From Marsupella aquatica (taxonomy: Eukaryota; Plantae; Marchantiophyta), in contig OZ316897.1 in assembly GCA_973895155.1 (NCBI GenBank), forward strand, positions 18,863,111 through 18,927,110: a stretch of DNA of 64,000 nt, in the 5' to 3' direction. Below, piece after piece: positions 46,701 to 56,860 of this stretch. The notes under the pieces were generated by a model. That model made no database searches, was not told where the DNA came from, and worked only from the letters and a program-made list of their open reading frames with translations. How positions within the stretch are numbered: position 1 is the first letter of the stretch; every line of letters starts with the position of its first letter. The position numbers and the translations under genes were made by a program.

Positions 46701-48923
46701 GACCGGATGGGCGGTTCCAAATTTGGTAGAGCCTGCGATGGGGTTTCCGAGCATGTTGGCGCCAAAGAAGGCGTAGACCAGGGCGAAGATGAGATTGAGG
46801 AAGGAGAATTGGGTCACGACACAGACGATAGGGTCACCCAAAATTTGGATGAACGTGGAACACAAGTGGTAGGTATTCCCTACTTTGGTGTGGGGTTGGC
46901 CGATGTTGTGGGTCGACCTGAGGGCGACCCACCAAGAAATCCCTTTGCCGGTGTAGAGAATTGGATGCACCAGTCGGACCCAGATCTTACATCGTCCACA
47001 TCGGACGCACATTGGAAGGCAACCGCAGATGATCTAGGCAATATTGACGTAGTAGAATTGGGAGAAATGTCAGACATTGCGCTTGCAAAGGAGGATGATC
47101 GTCAAGTACCTGAGACCGCTGCAAATGAAGAAGAGAAGGCAGGTGCTTCAAATCCTCCCCTGTCTCCTCTATATTGCTCATCAGAGACTAAATTGGTTTT
47201 TACAAGTGCTTCTACAGGAAGCCCCATAGTATTATCATTTTCAGAAAATTCTGGATCCGAGATCGGCAGGACTGGATATATGAAAATAGTCTGTCTTGCA
47301 ACTCATTTTATATGGAGAAATGGACCAAAGGTTGGAATGATAGAATCACTAGATGATGCTCCAAAGATAATGGCAAAATCAAATTACAAAAAACTGAACT
47401 TGAGACTGATCCCAGTTTTTGCACCCCCATCCTTTGAAGAGCAACTTCCCAGTGGTATCAATTCCGAGATACAGAGTGTTCTAGGTGATCAAACAATAGA
47501 TGAATTTGGGCATTTTAGCATTGGAAATGATTAGCCCTTTCTTTGGTTCTTGGTATTTTAATGACAATCTAAGCTTTATCTTTGTAATAATATACTTTTT
47601 TACAGACCAAAGTTCCGTTGTAGAATCTCCTTCCTCAAAGGATTTTGTTGGCATTCCCTCGGAAAGCGTTGCTATGGAGGAAGGGTTTGACCCAGGTATA
47701 CTTTGGATCTAAAAAATGGCAAGTGAATGTAATTAATGTTTTTCTAGGAGGGTCGCCCCAGGGTCGTTCCTCTCTCCTTCAAATGCTATAACAAAGTTTG
47801 TTTGATTTCAAATTTTGAGAGTTTTCCTCCGTAGTAATTGTTTAAACTTTGAGTCGCATTGACTAAGGGCTTATTTTAATGTTTCCAGAATTCACTCCAA
47901 TACTACACTCTCTGATCCGGCGAAAGCTCTTGGTTCTTGACCTTAACAAGATTTGTTGGGATTGCATTAAGACCAGAAGCTCAGGACCATGGCGAAATCA
48001 GACAAGTTTACGTGGTGTGCACTGGGGAGACGTGGAGGGTTTAATTTCATGTATGTGGAGCGCCCATACCTCCACGAATTTCTATATGCAGCTTTCATGG
48101 TTTTTGACGTTGCAATTTGGACCTATGCAAGGAGGCCAAAAACAATGGACTTAATGGAGTTGATTTTCACTGAGGAGGAGCGAAAGAAGTTCAAGTTTGT
48201 CTTTACTCAAGAAGATACCTTTGATACTTGCATCCAAAGGCCAGATATAACAGATGGGAAGGCCAATTTACTTCTGAAGAATTTGCAAACCATTTGGGAC
48301 CGTTTTCCAGAAAAATATGATGCTTCTAATACAGTTATTGATGATTCTTTATTGAAGGCATTTTGAATTATGACGTGAATGGATTGTTTCCAAATCCATT
48401 CACTCACACAGCTTCAAATGACACTTTTTTGCCCAAGATATTATGGCCGTATCTTTGCAAATTGAGAAAGGCTTACTCCGTTCAACATTATATCACTGTC
48501 AACAATCCAAAGTGGTCTGTTTTCAATTTATTAACAAGCAAGGAGGATCATGCTACCATCTATGCTCTTTTGGAACAGAAGTGGGGAGATTGTCGTTGTA
48601 TCCATAAGGAGTTTGGAACCATCTTGGATGTGACTCCTGAAGAGATTCCTTGGGACGGAAAGAACGAGGTGCAACATTACCCACCACTGGAGACGTGGAC
48701 CACGCATGAGATCGAAGAAACTGCAAACGTAATACTTGGAGACAACTATTCTGGTCCTCATAGACAAAATAGAAGGCATTTTATTTGGAAAGTTCTCAGA
48801 ACTAGGGATCTCACCAATAAGTTTAAGAACCACCATGCGAGAGATACTTGCAACCGTGACATCCGCTATGATAAATCAGGAAGCAGACTTTCTTGTTCAA
48901 ATGAGTTTTGTCTTGATCATTAG
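43714..48923 (+). pseudogene. Multi-exon cargo gene(s): beta-class DNA N4/N6-methyltransferase-like domain, acidic linker, FCP1/NIF HAD phosphatase; frameshifted
   Basis: VNIHAKPKCMLQSIIEFFSAEGETILDFFSGG...RGC at ~46480-46615; KLLVLDLN...RPYLHEFL...FDVAIWT...KNLQTIW...NTVIDDS...NGLFP at ~47915-48400. Exon structure is uncertain. Confidence 0.65.
44111..44480. repeat. Six 65-bp tandem repeats with palindrome GCCTCGCCC-TTG-GGGCGAGGC
   Basis: Copies at 44111, 44177, 44242, 44307, 44372 and 44437; dispersed single copies between ~43516 and ~45170. Confidence 0.92.
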
Positions 48924-49379
48924 GAGATAGGGTTGCTCTAGTGCCTACCCTGAATTGTACATTCATATTATGTCAAAGGATATGTTTTGAACATGTAGGA
49001 TAAAGTAAATAATTAGGATATGCTTAGTGTGAGGCTCTCTCACTGGACTGGACAATTTAATAATTATATAGTGGGTTAATCTCATTTTGACCCTTGATTT
49101 ATGACCATCTATATTTTTTAATTTATAGATGGTCTGAGTGGTATTGGCCTCTGATTTTTGGACTAAATCAAATTTAATCTAATTTTTAAATTAATTAGAA
49201 TATATGATTTAAGTTATTATTAAACATTTGGGTGAAAAAAAACAAAATTTTGGGCGTTCAAAAGTGTATATTTGGGCTGAAAAAAATTAGCTTTTGGGAA
49301 TGCTTTAATAGAAATTTGGCCTGAAAAAATAACTTTAGGGTCCATCTTATGGACTTTTAAAAGTACAATTTTAATGAAT

Positions 49380-49885
49380 ATAGTGATGGAGGCTTATGCT
49401 ACTCGTTACCCAGGGGACCTTTTCTACCCATTTGCCATGGAGGTCTTTGGAGCGCTGCACGTGACTTTTGACCAGTTCTTGCGCTCCTGTCCGGTTCATT
49501 ATGTCGAGCGACGGCCTTATCCACCCGTCTCTGTTATCACATCCTTTTTTAGACAGAGGGTGTCCATTGCACTTCAGCATGCACAGACCTTCACTATCCT
49601 TCGTAGAGGCGAGGCAGTTGGAGTCCGGGCATCTAGTCGGCTTCCATTGCTTGACCCCCCTATGCAGTTCACGACGGAGCTTTATCAGGCCCTTCACTTT
49701 GCCGTTGGGTAGTCTTTAGGTTTGTGTGTCCTTTGTTCTCTTTGGGCTGGGCTTGTGCCTGGTCTTTTTTGTTTTTGCTCTTTGGGCTTTTGGCCTTTTT
49801 TCTTGTTTTCCCTTGATTGGGTTTTTTGGCAAAGTGGGATCCTGTCTCCCGGTTCAGCGCCTCCTCCTCTTTGGCAGTTTGATAT
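49380..49885 (+). mobile_element. 5'-truncated non-LTR retrotransposon fragment (CRE/RLE-type C-terminus plus T-rich 3' region)
   Basis: FYPFAMEVFGALH...FL...FRQRVSIALQHAQ matches the C-terminal FxPFAxExFG...QRxSxALQ motif of restriction-like-endonuclease non-LTR elements. Confidence 0.65.
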
Positions 49886-49886
49886 A

Positions 49887-50649
49887 TATCCGCGTCAGTC
49901 CACTAGATATACTCCTGTCATATTATTTTTTAAAATTTTAAAATTTTAACTTATTGTACCACTATGTGCGTCAGTCCACTAGATATACTGTCTAGAAGCA
50001 ATTAGGTGTACTCTTGCTTAAAAATACATATGTAACTTATGTAAGAAGTATTTATTAGCCCTTCTCATTCCCATATTAATTTGTTTCGTGTTTTGAAATA
50101 CTTGTGCAAGTGAGGTAGTATTTAAAGTACTTAATTTTTTCTCTCTTTAGTTATTTTCTCTCAATGTTTTGGAATTACACATACCTGAAAGTATTTCTCC
50201 AAAGCATAGTCTTACCTGAACTTTAGGAAGGTGAACCAATGGTTTTGGGTGCTATCCGGGTGCTATTTGGGTGCTATTTTTCAAAAGTTGTTTTTTGCAA
50301 ATAAATCATGTAGGACTTTAACAATTCTTTGATACTATTTTTCCAAAAACATTTTTGAAAATATTCACCTTAGACGTGAGCATTCCTTGGTGTCATTTTT
50401 GTGATAGTTTTTTTTTAGATGTGAGCACCTAGGTAGAATATTTCAGGGAATTTACGCAATGTCACTTAAACAACAATTTTTATTCTTTAGCTTAGTACAC
50501 AAGGCACTAATTTTAATTCACAAGGCATCAATTGAATTCAATAAAAATGAGCATACAGGATGCACATAGTAACAAATGTTAAAGTATTTTAAAACAAGAG
50601 TACACGGAAAATTATTCTAGACAGTATATCTGATGGACCGACGTAGATA
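49887..50649. mobile_element. MITE-like element with ~35-bp imperfect TIRs; left TIR duplicated
   Basis: TATGTGCGTCAGTCCACTAGATATACTGTCTAGAA (49963-49997; partial copy 49887-49913) versus TTCTAGACAGTATATCTGATGGACCGACGTAGATA (50615-50649); AT-rich non-coding interior. Confidence 0.5.
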
Positions 50650-50992
50650 ATTGTCTGGTCATGTTACAATTAAAAAATGGAAAACATAATATAACAGGTC
50701 CTGAGAAGGGGTTACAGGGACAGGGCCCATTAAGTATATTTGAAAAGTTAGGGGCTCCTCAGGAATATCTTTAGTTAGAGGGCCCCATAAAGTATTTTGC
50801 TGTCCATCACATACTTTCAAAGATAAGCTTTCGGAGAAGAATTTGAGTTCAGAAACCGAACAATAGAAAAGCAATGCTGGGGAATCGGAACGCCAAGTGT
50901 ACTCCTCCTGAAACAAGACAGGGGAAGACTCTCTTTCGATGCTTTCTCCACTGAATGTCCGGTTGCATGAGTATTAAACTTTAAAGGAACTA

Positions 50993-51240
50993 TTTATCGA
51001 AAGAACCATAATTTATACAAAAAGAAGAAACAGAGTACAGTGAACGGAAAGCACAAGAGAGGTCAAAAGATTCAGCGAGACGAACTTTTCATCGAAAGAA
51101 ACATAATTTATACAGAAAGAAGAAACAGAGTACGATTAACGGAAAGCACAAGAGTGGTCAAAAGATTCAGCGAGACGAGCTTTTTATCGAAACAACCATA
51201 ATTTGTGCAAAACGAACAAAGTCCAATGAAGGGAAAGCAA
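50993..51240. repeat. ~95-bp tandem repeat, about 2.5 copies
   Basis: ATCGAAA...CATAATTT...GGAAAGCACAAGAG...AAAGATTCAGCGAGACGA repeated. Confidence 0.75.
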
Positions 51241-54200
51241 ACAGGCCCAAAGGTTCAGCAAGCAGAGTGGACTCATTTATTACATTTGGAAGGTAGTATG
51301 TTCCTGCCAGTAAAAATTGAAAAATCATCACTCTTCCTCAGTGTCAAAGGCTTACTCTGAATCTCACTTTTGGGTGGATTGAGTGTAACAAGGCTTAGTC
51401 TGGACCTCACTTTGGGGTGGATTGAGTGTAAAAAGAATTGCACCTTAAGGGGGTTTCAAACCTTGTACCTCCACCTACACACAGAGATGGACTACCACTC
51501 CACCCATAGTCTGCAGGATGGAGAGTCATTCCGGGTATCTATCTTGATATCAATGTGCACAATTCAGGCAGCAGCTGGCTAGCAGCAAGCAAGGACAACC
51601 CAAAATCTTTTCCGCAGTTTCGGCCTGTATCTAATGACTAGTTCAACCGAGAGAGACGATGCTCACCAGGTTAGTGCCTAAATAAGAATTGCATTTAAAA
51701 CCAGGGTTTTGCTCTCCACAGGTAAGTAACAACGCATGTAATAGTCAAAATAGGCATTTAGTAAGATGAACATGCTATATAGTCAACATGTTGCAATGAT
51801 TTTATCAACATAATAAAATAACAAAGTAACAAATAATGTAACAAATGCTCATAGTGGGGTAAAAGTCAGTTACATTGAAATACCCATGGTGGGTGACTGG
51901 GTCAGAAGATCCCTTAAATTAAAACACCCCGCGTGTAAACTAAATTGTGATGAGTGGCAGGCTTTCCTTTATGTGCTTCCTACAAGACAAGAAAACTACA
52001 GTCCTGTACACGAGTTGCTTTCTCACACGAGCGTCTCGTTTAGACCAAAAGAGAAAACCTCTACTGGAATGGAAGACTTCCCAAGCGTTTTAGTTGCCAT
52101 AATTACTGCATTGCACCACTCAATAGCTACACTCAATGGCTACAGTATGCTGTCTTCCACTAACTCATTTCCCACATTGCCACCAGAGTTTAGTGCCAAC
52201 TTTCGCCAGGTTCCACCTCTCCAGAAAGTGTTGGCCAGTTTTGGCACAAATTTGCTACAGTCGTTTTTCTATGTACCAGTAGCCAGTTCTCACCTAGTCA
52301 TAGACCCCATTAGCCATAATTTTACAGTCATCCGGTCATAGACCCCATTAGCTATAATTTTACAGTCATCCTCAAATATAAGGTCCATGTCAAAAAATAG
52401 TTTGGGAATTTCAGATTAAGAACATTCCTACCGTCTTCTCCTTCACACACACTCGCATTCTCCACTCTGGCTAATAAAGAAAAAAACTGAAAGATTACAC
52501 TCATTGCCACAGACCCCAGTAGCCAGAATCTGAGGATATTCTTAAATCTAGGGAGATTTAACCAGAATCTGTCTGCATCCTTCAAGCTAGGGAGATCTCA
52601 GGGTCAGAAATTAATCTCAGAAAAGAACATTCTCAAATCTTCTACTTCACAAGGTCACATTAGCCATTAGCCCCCTGGTGAAAAAGAAAAACCTCCAAAA
52701 TCACATTGTTCCCAAGTGAAACACAAAGCCCCAACGCCAGAGGCTACTTGGGTTCAGCCCTAAAAAAAATTGAAGCCCAACAGAAAGTTCACGCTCATCA
52801 GAGCCTGGACTTTTATACATTTGTACTAAGGTTGCAATTTCAAAGTGGAGGACTGTTTTCATAGATGAAAACTTCCAAGGGTTGGCAAGGGGGGGGGGGG
52901 AGGTTGCAACGAGAATAAAGGGCCGACCACATTGGGGGAAACACAATCTGCAATCATTGTAAGGGAGGCCGGTGGGTCATGGCCAGGAAGTAGAACCAGA
53001 TGAAGGGACAGCAGAAAGGGTTGTAAGAGTTGCTTAGTTGAAATGAGTTTCCCATGCTCAATGGTTGCAATGTTTTGGAGCCATAAGCTTGAAAGGATCT
53101 CCATTGAGACAGTTGAAATTAGATGGGATCCCATAAGGAACATTCTTTGCATGAAATCTTATCTGTGTAAACTAGCCCAATTACCAGTTCTTGAACAGTA
53201 AATAGATATCAAGACAAAAAAAAACTTACAAACCTTTTTTTCCTACACTATTTCCCTTGCCCCATCCCTGTTTATTGTCTCACCCTCATTTCAGCTTGTG
53301 TTTATTTATGGCACTTTTGTTCACCTTGGCTCCTCTCCCTGTTTGCTGTCCACCTTCATTGTAAGGGAATTATGGTCTTACTAGAGTCTTCACTCTAGAC
53401 CATACTTAGGCCTTAAAAGTAGCTTCCCTTCACAAATTATGAATAAGATGCACATTTTCACAAATTTTTCAAAGGCTTAAGAATCCAACCCTAGTATAAC
53501 GTTTGGGAAGAGGACCCTCATCTGAACTTAAAGCACTCCCACTGATGCTTGCCAAACACCTGCCCCATCAGGCTGTTTGCAAGCAGGGTTGGTGCCCACT
53601 TGTCTGGTTTCGGGCCAAGTCCCATGCGTCGGACCAAGAGAAGAAGCCGAGGCAACTCTGTGCACTGTTGTCGAAGCAGAGATGTCGGATCGGCACTGGC
53701 GCAGCAATTTTTTGGCATTGGCAGGCTCACTCCTGCTCACTTCTGCAGTGTGCAAATGTAACTGCACATCAAAATAGGATATATAAAGTGTAGGCATCAC
53801 TCTATACCATGATAAATTTAGTTAATTTCTTTAAATCAATGAGTACACATTGTACATTTTCACATTTTGATGTGTGATTATCGGCAGAGTGGGCTTCCAC
53901 TACACTCACTCTGGGCCGGGCCCTATACCAGCCCGGGGAAGCTCCTCACATCTCCAATAGTTTGGCTACCTCTATCTGGGCTATTAATCGAGTAAATGAC
54001 AAATTTTCTCCACCCTCACCCCTCAACGACTCAGATGACATGTCAAGTTGTTTTGGGGGTGGTGGGTTTCGTTATTGGTACAGGTTTCATGTGGTCCCAG
54101 CCAGGGGACCCCTGTCCCAAAAGTGACCAACTGACAGTACACCAGGCAGAACAGGAATTCTGGGAGTGGGAGAGCCCTACAGTTCCTCGTGCATCACAGT

Positions 54201-54955
54201 AGAGCCACAGCATGCGCTCTACTGTGACGTAGAGGACCAACGACCTCCTCTGATTCGCTCCCATTCTAAAGGAGACACTCAATACAGCGCCACGCGGACT
54301 GGGGACATTTACTGTAGCACGGGTTCCATGGCTTCCCTTCTCAGTCCCAGTATTGGGAGTGTTGGGGCGAACACGAGAGATCTCCTTAGTTGAGCAGATT
54401 CACAGAGAATTGCACTGAAATTGATGCCCGAAGAGCACCACGAAATCCCCATCTCTCTCGTTGGATGGCACCTCATCGATTTTTTGATTGAATGATTCTC
54501 TGAAGGTCTGAGACTCTGAGGTTGCCTGAGAAGCAACCTCGACATCACATACTCTGCCCTGCCTTGCTCTGCCCTGCCTTCTCTTGCTTGCTCCTCTCCT
54601 TGCCGTGCTTCAACACGAGACGTGCTTGGAGTTGGAGACGATCCGTTCCGCTCGCATTAGAGATCGCGCAGCACCAACTCCCTCTTGTACAGTCAGTGGT
54701 GGATGGCTGACTACTCCCTAGCAAGCAAAATCAGCCAGAGCAAGCTTCTCAGTGATGAATTAGAGAATCCTCAGCAGACCCAACAAACGTCTCATCTCTC
54801 GGAGGATGGTTTTCTGATTCAGACAAGGTAATCATTGTTCTCCTGTTGTAGTTGTTCCATTTGGGTGTTGGGTTTTGTTGTCTCAGAAAGTTGATTCAGA
54901 CATTCGATCGAATTGGGGGAGTGAGGAGGTATCGAGTGGAGCAACAGCAACAACG

Positions 54956-56311
54956 ATGGAGAGGAAGGGCAGTTCACCATCGAGCTCTCACGGATCGGAG
55001 AACACACCGCTTTTGCCGTTGAAGGATCAGGATGTGGAGGTCGCAGATGATGGATACCACAAGGCGTCCTTCACCAGTGCTGTGTTTAATTTATCCACCA
55101 CGGTTGTGGGTGCTGGGATTATGGCCTTGCCAGCAACGATGAAAGTGTTGGGGCTGCCGTTGGGTCTGTTGATGATTTTAGTTGCCGGTTTCCTCACCGA
55201 CATCTCTCTCGAATTCTTGACTAGATACTCCAAGCCATGCAAGGCTCGGTCATATGGAGGGCTGATGGCGGACTCGTTTGGGAAATCGGGCAGAACTGTG
55301 ACTCAACTGTTCGTCGTGGTGAATAATCTGGGGTGTTTAATAGTCTACATGATTATAATGTGCGATGTGCTCTCGGGGACGACCGAGCATACTGGAGTTT
55401 TGACGGAGTGGGCAGGGGGTTCCACTTGGTGGAATGGCAGGGTGGTCGTTCTGTTTGTTACAACCGTTGCCATCTTGGCCCCGCTTTGCTGTTTGAGGCA
55501 TGTGGATTCACTGAAGCACTCTTCTGCCTTGTCCATGGCATTGGCTGGAGTTTTTCTTTTCGTGACTATGGTTGTGTGTGTGATAAGACTCGTGGAAGGA
55601 AAAATTTCTCCGCCAAGGCTCCTCCCTGATGTGTACAATGAGCAATCGTTCTGGAGACTCTTCACTGTGGTCCCAGTCCTGGTGACTGCATTCATTTGCC
55701 ACCATAATTTACATCCGATTGCAAATGAGCTCAAGGGTGAGATCCAGGACAAGATGCAAGAGATTTCTCGCGCTTCAATAATTCTTTGCAGCGTAATCTA
55801 CATTGCCACCGCTCTATTTGGATACCTTCTATTTGGGGACGACACCTCAAGTGACATTCTTTCCAATTTTGATGTGAATTTGGAGGTGCCCTACAGCAAA
55901 GTCTTGGGTGCCATTGTCCGGATCAGCTATGCAGTGCACATCATGTTGGTCTTTCCTCTCTTGAATTTCTCTCTCCGAGTCAACCTTGATTCTTTCTTAT
56001 TCCCCAAAGCAACGCCCCTAGCAGAGGACACAAAAAGATTCGCCTTTCTGACAGCTCTGATAATTGGGTTTGCATTTTTGGGATCAACATTGGTTCCTAA
56101 TATCTGGGTAGCATTTGAGTTCACAGGAGCGACGGCAAGCGTGAGCCTTGCTTTCATCTTTCCAGGTGCCATTGCCCTCAAAGACGCTGCAGGGATTGCA
56201 AGGCGGAGGGATAAATGGCTGGCAGGTGTCATGGTCGTCTTGGCTGTGATCTCTAGTGTGTCGGCAATAACCACCAATCTCCTGGATCTTATTCAAGCTG
56301 AGCACTCATAG
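54956..56311 (+). CDS. AVT6: Amino-acid transporter, AVT6-like (Aa_trans/SNAT family), 451 aa, no coding introns
   Basis: ASFTSAVFNLSTTVVGAGIMALPATMKVLG, AFICHHNLHPI and AFEFTGATA; multiple TM helices. A probable 5'-UTR intron at ~54828-54886 puts the start at ATG 54956. Confidence 0.9.
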   Translation: MERKGSSPSSSHGSENTPLLPLKDQDVEVADDGYHKASFTSAVFNLSTTVVGAGIMALPATMKVLGLPLGLLMILVAGFLTDISLEFLTRYSKPCKARSYGGLMADSFGKSGRTVTQLFVVVNNLGCLIVYMIIMCDVLSGTTEHTGVLTEWAGGSTWWNGRVVVLFVTTVAILAPLCCLRHVDSLKHSSALSMALAGVFLFVTMVVCVIRLVEGKISPPRLLPDVYNEQSFWRLFTVVPVLVTAFICHHNLHPIANELKGEIQDKMQEISRASIILCSVIYIATALFGYLLFGDDTSSDILSNFDVNLEVPYSKVLGAIVRISYAVHIMLVFPLLNFSLRVNLDSFLFPKATPLAEDTKRFAFLTALIIGFAFLGSTLVPNIWVAFEFTGATASVSLAFIFPGAIALKDAAGIARRRDKWLAGVMVVLAVISSVSAITTNLLDLIQAEHS

Positions 56312-56479
56312 CTATTCGATTTTCTGGGATAATAGTAATGAGATTCTACCATTTACAATTTAGTTTTTCATGGGGAAGTTGTACACAGTAGGCGATGATT
56401 ATCAACAGAAGTTGTAGCGATTCTGCTGGACTGTGGATATGATCTTGGGACCCCGTTTCTGATGGTCCTGGTACGAAAT

Positions 56480-56860
56480 CCTTGAAACCCATAATTTCAC
56501 TTCAATTTTCTCATCAAGTTAACCCTAATTCTTTCTTGCCCACTAGTCTCCACTTCCTGGTGGACGAAATACAACGATTTGCGCTTCTGGCAGCACTGAT
56601 CATAGGGATTGCAATTTTTCGCTCTACATTATTGGCTCCTAAATTTTGGATGGCATTTGTGTTCATAAAAGAAACGGCGAGTTTGGGCCTTGGTTCATCT
56701 TTCCGGGTGCAATTGCCTTCTGTCAGCTTGCAGGTACTGCAACATGAACGGAGAAATGGCTGGCACCTGTAATGATTGTCTTTGCTGGAACCTGTAATGG
56801 TTGTCTTTGCTGTTATGTCTATTGTCTCTGCAACCACCACCATCAGATTTGTCTCATGAA
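56480..56860 (+). pseudogene. Decayed tandem duplicate of the 3' part of the AVT6-like gene
   Basis: QFSHQVNPNSFL...RFALLAALIIGIAIFRSTLLAPKFWMAF mirrors NFSLRVNLDSFL...RFAFLTALIIGFAFLGSTLVPNIWVAF; frameshifted. Confidence 0.8.

Noticed and set aside
45642-47534. Idea that the methyltransferase-like ORF is the missing C-terminal domain of the EDM2-like gene
   Set aside because: It is on the opposite strand, in a different element 28 kb away, and has beta-class motif order; no support for a split gene.
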